Below, piece by piece: positions 24,901-36,387 of a DNA stretch of 64,000 nucleotides. The notes under the pieces were generated by a model that did not search any database, was not told the origin of the DNA, and saw only the letters and a program-made list of their open reading frames with translations. The first letter of the stretch is position 1. Every line of letters begins with the position of its first letter. The DNA comes from Azolla caroliniana (taxonomy: Eukaryota > Plantae > Polypodiophyta): positions 23,684,001 to 23,748,000 of the forward strand of contig JBHGNT010000001.1 in the NCBI GenBank assembly GCA_043228905.1, written 5' to 3'. The position numbers were made by a program, and so were the translations under genes.

Positions 24901-25956
24901 CATGTAATTTTGTTCATATTATATAGTTACTAGATCCCTTGAGGACTACTTGTTTGCACATTTCACAGAAGGTGCATCGATCTAAAATCAAAAAGTGAGA
25001 AGTTCTCTAGAATGATAATCATCCAAGATCATTTCATTAACATTCAACAATTGTTACTTGAGACTAATAATGATGTGTGCAATATGGTTTCTTTCGTAAA
25101 ACACATCCTTGATCTATTTAGTTCTTGAATATACCCTACCAATGACACCCTTCCCCTAGCTCTAATGTACATATGGCATAATGATGTTTTTCACAAAGGC
25201 AATGAGAGTTGTAATGATCATCAATGGGGTTATCGGTCATAGAGATGGGAATATGATTGGTATTGTGAACAAGGTTGTGCTATTGTGAATAACAAAATAT
25301 ATTATTTACCCATGTAGTTTTTAGCAATGGTCTAAAAACTCTCCCATTTTTATAAATTAAACGTTTTTCGAGATGATATGGTCATGTTGATTCGACCTTT
25401 CACGTCGATTATATGTTTATGAGTAGATTAGTATGTATTGAGCTTTAGTATGGTAGAAGTTACTATTCTCTTATTCCCTAACATTTCCTTCACATCTTAC
25501 TACAACCAAGTGAACAAACTATCACGACTTTTTATGATGTGATTGTTAAATTTGGTCTTCTTATTGCCATGATTTTGATTGGCTACATTTTTACAACATT
25601 GCACTAGTAGTAGTACCCATTCCTAAGATGCGAGCACAAGACATACATTCAAAAATCATTACACACTCCCTTGAATGCAAGAGATATAGGCTCATCTTAC
25701 ATTATTGCACTTTTCCTTTTTATTTCGCATTGAATGCAACCAGGCAAGGACGCTTTCAGAAAAGATACCAGTCTTTACATGTATCTGTATTTACGTCAAG
25801 TAATTGTAGTTTCTTACTTGCATTCAATGCGAAATGGACAAAGATGGTACATGGATAGAATTAAACCGAGCCAACAATTTGCAAATTCAATTTGATGGTA
25901 TATAAAAACTGAAGTTTTGAAGTTGAAACAAGGCCAATTTGTCATAATTAAGAGAA

Positions 25957-26366
25957 CTAGTAACAATATCGTGCATTGCGGTGAAGAGAGGAAGACGACG
26001 AAACGAAAAGGGAATGGTGGAAGACATTATATGGAATAGGAGGAGAAAGAACAAATCAATAAATGCTCGAAGTTTTGAAAATCTATCCTTCGTGTTTTAA
26101 CTTTGACGATTTGATAAACCTGATACCTGGCCTTGATCACCCTATGTTCATAATTGATTTACAGATGGGCATACCTCTAAAAACAAAGTCACTATAAATT
26201 GAATTTTTAAGAGGTTTTTTCTTGAACAAAGTATCTTTAGGGTTTTTGCACCCACACATATGCGAAGAATAAGTATAAAGTTTAAACCATTACACGGAAT
26301 CCGGATATTTGAAGAAGAAGAAAATGGGAAATAGGGATTCCAAATTTTCACTTGGATACATTACAT
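25957..26366 (-). mobile_element. Helitron-like non-autonomous repeat (copy 2)
   Basis: Minus strand ends CCGCAATGCACGATATTGTTACTAG then T (decayed hairpin, CTAG 3' end, T target); homologous to 11530-12137 but with a single 83-bp unit. Confidence 0.55.
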
Positions 26367-26899
26367 TACACATCCGAATGCATTACACCTCTACCTTATA
26401 GCCTATAGGGGCAAGCTATATTAATATATGTTATAGTTTGTGCCTATATGTATATGCATGCATGTGGGTTCATGTGCATATGTTCATTTAATATTCATCC
26501 TTTCCCTCTATGCATACCTTTGTTGAATGTGTGTCTCTCAAACTTTGTTCATGATTCATAATATTGAACTCCAATGGAAAACCAACAAGGAATTACTCTC
26601 CCAAGAGAAACACACGTTGTATTTAAAGCACAAAATTACATTAAGCAATATATTTAATCAATCAAACTCAACACATGGCATGTCTTTTGCGTAAGTATAT
26701 AATTTGCGGGTGATGGTCTTCATTAGTATATCCTAGATATTGCCTCTTAGTGATGCACAAGCACAAGCTTAGATCTTCGGTGCAATATGTTGTGTCATAG
26801 TGGTCCGCTACTAAAGGTAAGCAATCAATGCATTAGTATATATATGCTTTAATTTTTGCTACCTTAGTTGGGGCTTACATAAAGGGTTATGAAAAGATT

Positions 26900-28100
26900 A
26901 TTCTTGACTTCCAATTGGTCCCCCATGAAATGAGAATTTTCGTTTTAGTCAATCAGTTACAATAGAATTTAAATTGCATAAAATGAGAAACTCTCGAAAA
27001 GTTCAATACAACTTAAGAGTGTTCAACTTTGAAGTATTTCGGTATGAAGGGTAATAGTTCAATTGTGATAGTTTTCCATAGTTAGCAAACTCTCTAGTGA
27101 ACGACAATGATGGAAAATTAAACCTCAATGACAAGCCAAGGACAAGAAATCTATTTTTTTTTCTCAAGATCCTTTTGATGAATTTTTTGACTCTATAAGC
27201 CATGATTGAAATCCATCTCAACGATTTGACATCATCTAAAATATCCGATGTGGAATGAAAGTCTTTCCAGCTGGAAGTTGGTCCTATAATTGACAGGATT
27301 TCAAGAATGTAAAAGTGAGTCACATGAAGGCCATGTTATAAATAGATATTAGGAGAACTAAGCTTGTAGACATTGTTTCTTGGAAGCTCTTTACATGTAC
27401 CCAATCATCTGGGAAGAATTTGTCTCTCTTTTCATCTAGCATTATTGCAAATATTGCTAGAATATGATGTTTATGTTTTATGTAGCATCTTAAACATGCA
27501 TGCTCTCACTAAGATTCTAACAAAATTTAATGAGAAAATTCATGCAAATATACTTGTAACCTTTGAAAAGCCATTCATGTTGTTGATTCCCAAGCCTTCC
27601 AAATGCACCATATTCATCATTTTTAAGAGATGTATAACGTGCATGTGTTTCACTTATTGAAGGTGGATATGTTGAAAGATGTTCATTGTTGACTATTGTC
27701 TAAGTCTTGATCCTATCAGTGCTTGAGGAGTTCCTAGATTCTTGTAAAATCCCTTTTGACCAATTGCGATAAAAACCTTTGGTGAAACATAAAACCTAAC
27801 ATGCTTGGTCGGTTGCATCCAAGTAAACTAGATTTCGTCGAGCTTAAGATTTAAAAACTGAGCTAGCATGTGAACATAATGATACAAAAATGTCGGAACG
27901 TGCAACCCAATGTTTAGGAAAATAATGACACAAGGGGATATAATAAGTTCTCTGCGAAAGATATGCTAGTGCTAGAGGGAGTGTCAACAACTCTATGTCT
28001 ATCACACCTACACCTTCTCTAGAATCTTGCCAATAATTCACACTTGACATTCAAAGTTCAATAGAATCTAATGTGTTCCTTTCACTCATATAGACGTGGT
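26900..28100 (-). mobile_element. Highly decayed LINE-like remnant
   Basis: Weak resemblance of the 27003-27323 ORF and its neighbours to L1 ORF2 C-terminal sequence; no clear catalytic motif. Confidence 0.25.
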
Positions 28101-29249
28101 GTTAGAAAAACATAGGATGTACGTTTGACCTTCAATGACCCCCCTATAAGGTCACTGGTAATAATTTAGATGATTGATCGAGGATTCAATCACTATTAGC
28201 ACTTTTGGGTAATTCGATTCTTTATCTTATAAGACTTATGTTTATCAAAGGCTTCAATATTCATCACCACCCACCCAAAACAAATTTATTTCATGTAACA
28301 AATATAGTTGCCATTAAATTCATTAGTTGTGATGCACACACACACACACACACACACACGTTTTTTCCATGTTAGCAACATCCAAGTTAGTCGACAATGT
28401 GACATGTAGCGTATCGATACTCCATCACAAAAAGAAATATGCAATAATTAGCTTGGGCTTAGTGCACAGAAACACATGTGTCAAATCGTTTGAAGCCACT
28501 AGTGTGTAAATTTTATGCCTTAAGAAGGAATACAGGAGGCCCCACGATAATATTACAACCTTATCAAAGTAGAGTAGATGGTAGAGCATGCCATTAAGAT
28601 TGAGGCCAATGTTTAATGATATCTTTCAAATGATCCAAATATGTGTCCCATGTGTCTTAAACCACCATTTTGTTGAGTGCTTGCTTGTAGAGGGTCGAAG
28701 CACCTATTCAAAACGAATAATGTCCATCGAATGATTAGTTAAATTAATGAAAGAAAGACTAGTATGAGTAGAGTTGACACTCGAGATAAGACTTCCGATT
28801 GTGTTGTCGAACCAATCATTTGTTGTTTGGTCTTCCCATGTTTTCGTACCATGAGAGAGTGAGGGAGAAGCAACATCACATAATCTTTGGCCCTTGGGGG
28901 GGGGGGGTTAGTGGTGGTGCATAGGAAGCAAAGAGCTTTAGTGTTCCTTTGCTAGAGTAGAGCCGGGAAGAAAAAGCTCTACCCATCCTTTCGCTAAAGT
29001 AGAGCCGGGAAGATCTCATCTCGGCGCATAGCATGGGGTGGGACTCAAGCCGACCGAAGCACCGAAGAAGGTCCAAGTTTGTTTGGGGTTGGGCCGGGGA
29101 CACCCTAGTACCTACCTAGAAGGGGAAGGGGGATTGATTGGGGTGGAGGTGGAGGTACATAACTACATACATACATAGGACAACCAATTGAATGCAAACA
29201 TATTGAATTATGGAAATTTGTGACAAATTGGAGATGTAGATAGGAGTAA

Positions 29250-29286
<37 letters not shown>

Positions 29287-29708
29287 AAAAAGCCCATGTA
29301 AAAAAAACTACTACTCCTACTATTACTACTCACAACTCCTCTATTACTAGTTAGTAAACTCTAGGAAGAGGAAGATTATATGATACATTATGTATATTGA
29401 TGCCAACAAGGCAAACAATGCATTTATGAGACACCATAGTCTCTCCCCTTCTCTTTCCTTTCCTTTTTAATTACCCCCCCCCAATTCTTGTTAATCACTA
29501 ATAATCGCCCAAAACAAATCCCTCTCCCTTTTTTGGTTGTGATTCTCTTTCTCATTCAATTCATTGCCTGCCTCCATTCAGATAGAATTGCTTCCAATTT
29601 TTATCCCTCCAATTCTGAACTTGATTGGTTTCCTTCTCTCGCTAATGTTAACCCCACAGTGGCGAAGCTGAATTTAGTGCTAAATTATTCAAAAAAACAA
29701 TTTAGTCC

Positions 29709-32700
29709 ATGATGGCTATGACAAACAAGCCTACCTTAGCCCAAATGATAAGCCTTTCTGATGATAACAACACCGCTGGCGCTAACATTCATAACAATGC
29801 CTCAGATACTGTCAATGATAGTAGTACTGCCACTACTATGACCCCCTGCAATCCAGACACAAATCTAAAACCTCGCCGTGGTGACCGATTCCGCCGGCAA
29901 GGCCAAGCTTGGTAAATTTACCTCAATACTTTAAAAAAAAAATTACTCTTTTCCTACTTCATGAATGTGGGATTTCTCTCTAAACTCCTGGTCACTACAA
30001 TTTTTAGTCAGTATTTATACAATAAATTAATTTTAAGCATTTATATTATATTACCCCTCGATTATTAGATCTAGCAGCCAAGCTAATTGCTACATAACAG
30101 TAATTGTTACCTATTTAGTTTCTTACTTTACCTACTGTATACATACATTTCTCAATTAATTCTAGATCTGGTCCTAAGCTAATTGGTCACATTTTTTTAG
30201 ATTCTAGTTTTGTAAAAGAAGCTATAAATCCTTTGTGAGTGTTTGTGTTAACATATAAATGTAAATGCATCTACATTTGATTATAATCTGTAGGTTTTGC
30301 ACCAGTGGGTTGCCCAGTGACATCACAATTGAGATTGATGAGATGATCTTCCACCTTCATAAGGTAATGCCATGGGTTCTTCGAGACTTTTAAGGTTTTC
30401 TGTTATGTTTAGGCTTTGGTTTTTTGGGGCCAATTAGGGATTGAAGTTTTATGCTTTGGGTTAGTCACGAATTAGGGTTAAAGTTTTAGTAGCTAGGGTT
30501 AATGAAGGTTGAGCTAACGACACTGTAAGGTTTAGGGTTAACGGTTTAGAGTTTGTTTAGGGATTATGTATACTTTAGAGTTTAGACTATAGAATGCAAG
30601 ATTTAAAGTTTCGAAGGCTTTATAAGGCTTATGGTGTAGGGCAGATGGTGTGAAATGCTAATAGAGTTCAGGTTTAAAGGATTAGGGTTTTAGAGTTTAT
30701 GAAGATTTTTAGGGTTTGTTGTTTAGATATTGAGATCGGGATGGAAGGTTCACACGGTTGTAAATTTAGGGTTGGAGGTTTGGAGTTGAGTGTTAAAAGT
30801 GTTTAGAGGGTTCTGTTTAGGCGGCTTTAGATTTCATTCAGATTTAAAAAGTTAGGGTTAGGGTAGTGTGTACATAATATATATGGGGTTTTAAGGGCAT
30901 CAATGGACATTAATTTTTTATGAGCACATTAAACCCCTCTGATTTTGTGTATGTGTGTTGGTTAATGTGTGCAGTTCCCATTGATGTCAAGAAGTGGGAA
31001 GCTCTCAAATCTAGTGGCACTAGAGGCCAATAATACTAATACTAATAGCAGCAATGTGTCAAGTAGTAGTAGCCCACCACAAGCTCCAAATACCAATGAG
31101 CACAACAACATTACGAAAGTGTGCCGGATCGAGCTCCGAGATATGCCGGGCGGATCCCATGCGTTTGAAATGGTCGCAAAGTTCTGTTACTCTCTCACCG
31201 TGGAACTCTCCCCCGCTAATGTGGCTTCCCTTAGATGTGCGGCCCATTACCTGGACATGAGTGAAGACTACGGAGAGAATAACCTCGTCACCCTCACCGA
31301 CACCTTCCTCAACAACATCGTCGTCACCAACTGGAAAGACTGCGTGACGGCACTCAAAAGTTGCGAATCCCTGCTACCCCTCGCCGAGGAGCTCGGCATC
31401 GTGAAGAAATGCGTGGATTCCATGGTGGTTAAGGTGTGCCGAGACCCTCATGGACAACTCGTCGGATGGTCGAAGAACTCGCTCCAGAGCCCCGACGGCA
31501 CGTTATTATGGAATGGTATAAGCACGGGTGCCAAGCCCAAGAGAAAACCGATGATGGGTTGGTGGTATGAAGATGTGACCGTCCTTAGTTTCCCCTTTTT
31601 CAAGGTGGTCATAGAGTCAATGCAAGAGAAAGGGTTGAGAAAAGAGGCAATTTGTGGTGCAATTGTGCACTATGCTAAGAAGTTCATCCCGGGACTTGCA
31701 AATCAACGAGAACTTAATGGTAATAACCATAAAAAGGCAAGAGATAATATGGATCAAGAACGATCTTCTTCGTCTACTTGGGATCGGTTTTTATCGATTA
31801 ATAGCGATGGTCAATACGATGAAGAGGTGTTAATGTTGCTAGAGAGCATTGAAAACCTTTTACCAATGAACAATGTTAATCAAGGAGAAGTTCACAATCA
31901 CACTAATGTGGTTCCTACTAACTTTTTACTTGGTCTACTCAAGATTGCTATGATATTGAATGCAAGCAATGCATGCAAAGCTAGCTTGGAGAAGAGGATT
32001 GGAATGCAACTCAACCAACTCACGTGTGTGGATGATCTACTCATCCCAAGTTATTCACACACGTGTGAGACTTTGTATGATGTTGAATGTGTGGAAAGGA
32101 TAATGAAGCATTTCATCACGTGGAACTCTGGTGAGACACCGAGCTCTGTCTCTTCGATAAACTATACGAGTCCAAATTATAGCAACGTGAGGAACGTGTC
32201 AAGGCTTTTGGATGAGTATTTAGCCGAAATTGCCTCAGATCCAAATCTCAAACCTTCAAAGTTCCGAGCACTAGTAGAGACGTTGCCCCCTTATGCGAGA
32301 GAAGTGGATGATGGGCTTTATAGAGCCATCGACATCTTCATCAAGGTATAATAATTTGATTTTAATGCTAGCCACATACAATGAGAATCCATGAAGATCA
32401 TAACTATGAAGGATAACCATTTGGGATAGAGTGAATAAATCAATACGTATAATGATTTCTTGCCGAATTCATATAAATTTTCATGCTAATAAATTTCTCT
32501 CTCTATAAGTGGAGTATTCATTGACAAATGTCAAAGCCACAAGTGAGAAAAGAAGAACCCAAGTGTATTTTCATGCTAATAAATTTCTCTCTCTATAAGT
32601 GACAAATGTCAAAGCCACAAGTGAGAAAAGAAGAACCCAAGTGTAGATTTGATAGCTCTTGAATCCATGTCAATATTATTTTTAATGCTAGTTTTTAGTA

Positions 32701-33691
32701 CTCAGTGCTCACATCATGGATTATTAAAACAGTCAATCAAGTGTACCCATCACATCATCTGTAGTATGAAAGAGTTTCTAGGTATAAAGTCAATCATGGG
32801 TAGTGAATTTATTAAGTCAAAATGTAGATGATGTTAATAAATATTTTGATTTCATGAAAAGTTATGCATATCGTATACCTCACATGAAGTATAAATAGCT
32901 TGATGTGGTTAGCAAGAATGTCAGTTCTTCTATGTCAATATTGAAACATATATTTTTAATTTTGATGTGATGTGCATGTGCAGACCCATGATGAGCTATC
33001 CATGACCCACGCTGAGAAGGAAGAGATGTGCAGTGTGATAGATTGTCAAAAGTTGTCCTTGGAAGCGTGTGCCCATGCCGCTCAGAACCCGAAGCTCCCA
33101 TTGAGGATAGTAGTGCAAGTGCTCTTCATTGAACAAATGCAACTCCGAGATGCCATTATGGGTTGCTTGGATAATGGCCACCATCACAAGTCGTTAACTG
33201 AGGGGACGACAATAGACATGGGATGCCCACCTAGTGCCACATCAGATGCCACGTCAGCTGTAACACAAGGGCCCACCGACACACCCGCCCCTGAGTCTTT
33301 ACACCTCGACATTGTAGCATTGCGCGAGCGTGTTGCTGAGCTCGAGCGAGAATGTCGCCATCTTCGGAATCGCTTGCATCGAAAAGCCTCCGGTTGGGTG
33401 TCTGGCTTCTCTTCCAAACTTAGTTGTCGAAATGTGTCTGATGCCACTGGGCCACTTGCACCCCCCATTGGTTTGCAACCACATGCAAGCAAGTCCTCAC
33501 CACGCTCAAATGTTAGCCATATGTCATCCCAGAAGTTGCTGGCGCATAAGGCATTTGTTAGAAATAAGGGATCACCATGTTCACACCTCAGCCATGAGTC
33601 CTCGTCTCCTTCTTCGTTTGCACATCGCTCCTCCACTTCCCTTGTCCCGTCTCCCCTCGTGATGAAGCACAACTTACAACAACAACGTTGA
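29709..33691 (+). CDS. NPH3/RPT2-like (NRL) BTB/POZ-domain protein
   Basis: Exons 29709-29911, 30294-30363, 30975-32345, 32984-33691 (GT-AG, phase-consistent). Motifs QAWFCTSGLPSDITIEIDEMIFHLHKFPLMSRSG, PGGSHAFEMVAKFCY, WNGISTG, WWYED, DDLLIP, DDGLYRAIDIFIK, IDCQKLSLEACAHAAQNPKLPLRIVVQVLF, and a C-terminal coiled coil. Confidence 0.95.
30390..30900 (+). repeat. Degenerate telomere-like (TTTAGGG/TTAGGG-rich) tract in intron 2 of the NRL gene
   Basis: Many TTAGGGTT, TTTAGAG and TTTAGGG variants on one strand; GTTAGGGTTAGGGTAG near 30851. Confidence 0.55.
32477..32645 (+). repeat. Tandem duplication (about 80-90 bp x2) in NRL intron 3
   Basis: ATTTTCATGCTAATAAATTTCTCTCTCTATAAGTG..GACAAATGTCAAAGCCACAAGTGAGAAAAGAAGAACCCAAGTGTA occurs twice; second copy lacks about 11 bp. 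Confidence 0.9.
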
Positions 33692-34259
33692 TCTCCCATT
33701 GTGCTTGAAGGCAAATGTTGTTGTATTGTAAATTTTTTCGTGTCAAGTCATGCTTTCTTTCCGTGAAAAAATCAACTATTCCTCTCTTTCAGAGTGCTTG
33801 TTCATGATACATTCCTATTTATTCCACTAATGGTTGATTATCATGATTATTGATAAAAAATAATCAATCATCACTTTTCTATAAGTAGAATTGTAAAGAG
33901 TGATGGAAGTACACAAGTTGGGGATGTTTATGATAATGTTAATGAGAGATGGAGGTTTTTCCCACTATAATTGCATTGAAGTTTGGTATGTATCTATATA
34001 CTAGAATACAACAATTAAAATTTCTAAAAAGGCCAACTTGGTAGACCAAAACAATAGAAATCTTATAGCTTGTCAAGTTGTTCTCTTTCTCAAAAAGTGA
34101 AAACAATGGAGAAAAAGGGAGGAAAATGGGTCGAGTTCACACATCCCAAAGCCCATTAAGGCATTTCATCTTGATTATACTTCTCTTCTTGAAAAATCTT
34201 GACTTTATTCCTTAGAGGCTTCCCAATGATGACCCCTATCTATTCGTAAGTGTGAGTTG

Positions 34260-35135
34260 CCTAAGCTAGATGCTCCCTTCAAAGTGATTCCATATGGTAA
34301 TCTTGTTTTCCTCCAAAATTTCTATTTGGTTTTTAAGCGAGTTATGGCCTTTAAGATTTGTAATGTGTGAGCTAACCAAGTTAAAGTCATTGGACATACG
34401 TTGTTCCAATAGATGCGCAGGTGCCCAATCCTTCAATATTGGACATGTCTCCTAAGCCTGAACACTTTAGCTTGCTCCAAAGTGATCCCTTTTGGTGATC
34501 TTTGGCTTCCTAAAAGTCTATTTAGGTTTTAAGTGAGTTGTGGCTCTTAGGACTTGTATTATGTGGGCGAATCAAATTAAAGCATGATTTGTTTCACTGG
34601 GTGTGTGGATGCCCTATTCTTTAATGGGAAAAGTAACAGGATACCCCTAGAAGTTCGTCTATTTACCAGAATGCCCCTGGAAGTTCCAAATTGATCAAAC
34701 TATCCCTATGTCCAAAAAATTACACTTTATAAAGTAATTATACACTCAAATATTTGGTAAAGCTAGTTCGGGTCCATTTCTTCCATCTTTGGTAAATAGG
34801 GCTTGTAGATTTGAGTGTATAATTACCTTATAAAGTGTAATTTTTTGGACATAGGGGTAGTTTGGTAAATTTGGAACTTCCAGGGGCATTCTGATAAATA
34901 GACGAATTCCCAAGGGTATCATGGTACTTTTCCCTTCTTTAATATTGGACATGTCTCTTAGCCAGAGCTCATTATCTCCCTCCAAAATGATCCCTTTTGG
35001 TGATCTTGTTTGCCTCCTAAATGTTTATTTGGGTTTTAAGTGAGTTGTGGCTTGTAGGACTTGTATTGTGTGCGCCAACCAAGTTAACGTCATTAGACAT
35101 CTACTAGGTGCATGGGTGCCCTAAACTTTAATATT
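34260..35135 (+). repeat. Diverged tandem repeat (about 190-bp unit x3) interrupted by a MITE
   Basis: Recurring AAAGTGATCCCTTTTGGTGATCTT..TTTTAAGTGAGTTGTGGC..GGACTTGTATT..AATATT blocks near 34280, 34480 and 34985. Confidence 0.7.
34626..34934. mobile_element. Mutator-like foldback MITE (309 bp)
   Basis: About 125-bp TIRs (GGGAAAAGTA..AGAATGCCCCTGGAAGTTCCAAATT..TATACACTCAAAT and its reverse complement); perfect 9-bp TSD TTCTTTAAT. Confidence 0.93.
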
Positions 35136-36387
35136 GCTAACAAATGGCTTGAAATCTCAAATCTCAAACATTTTTGTCCTTGAATTTCATGATACCATGC
35201 AAGCTTGAAATTATCTTGCATTTGAGAGTGGCATTTGCCCCAAATATTAATAATATACAATACATCTATAGATGTAATGACCTACTAACTCTACTTTCCT
35301 CTTGTATAGTTGGCATAGCCCCTCACAAATATCAATTGTCGCTTTCTCCTACCTACCAATCTTATATTAATAAGTAGATATAACATTTAGGATTGTAAAT
35401 GGGTAAATGGCAAAACTTCCTAACCTTAGTGCAAGATTGTACAATTTTGTTCTTATTTCAACTTTGATATCTAGACATTAGCAGCACACAAATTGTTAAT
35501 GACGAGTTTCCAAATTGCCTCATGTACCTACACTATTCACAAGGCGAAGGTAAGTGGCAAAACATCATGACTTTACTATGACACTGTACAATTTGTTCTC
35601 ATTTCAATTGTCATATTGCAATACAAGAGGTTACAATGTCAACATACCCCATGTGCTGATTATTAAATGATCTCAACAACTTTAGCCATCAACCTTTTAG
35701 GTTTATTCTCAATCAGCTTGGTTTTACCGTAGAGCTTTGTTCACACAACTTGGAATAAATTTACTAGAGTTGCTTTCTGAACAATACATTCCGAACCAAG
35801 TGCTTTCCATGATACATCTGTAAAATGTTGATGACGTTAAAACTTAACAATATAACAATTTACGTAAACATGTCGCAGCAACCCTATCTACCATGTGAAT
35901 GAATTTTCTATGCTACAATTCACATTTTTATTAAGATTTAAAATGCTATTCTGTATTGCAAAATATGGTATCACATGAGTAGAGTTACAAATATGTATTG
36001 CACACGTTCTTACTTTTTAAGCGGGTTTTTAAAAGCCTTTTCCAACTTTCTAAGAAGCATCACTGCAAATAATTGAGCAAGAATGATCCCATATTTCTCT
36101 CATCCAACCTTGCAAATGACATTCCTTTGATGCGAGTATCTAAATTGAACTAATTGAAAAATGCTGGTATCATAAATGTCCTTGTAAATATTGTTTCTTG
36201 GGCTTTTGCCTCACACTCAACATCTCCCACTAGTATAATATATATATATATATATATACTTGTATAAATGTATTTAGTATACATTTTCTAGTTAATAATC
36301 AGGGTTCTCTAGGAAATAAAACATTACATGACATGTTCATATGTTGCATTTCTTCATATAAAAAGATAAATAAAACATTTTACGACA

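Noticed and set aside
29488-29712. 74-aa ORF overlapping the NRL start as a uORF
   Set aside because: It starts at TTG rather than ATG and lies in pyrimidine-rich leader sequence.
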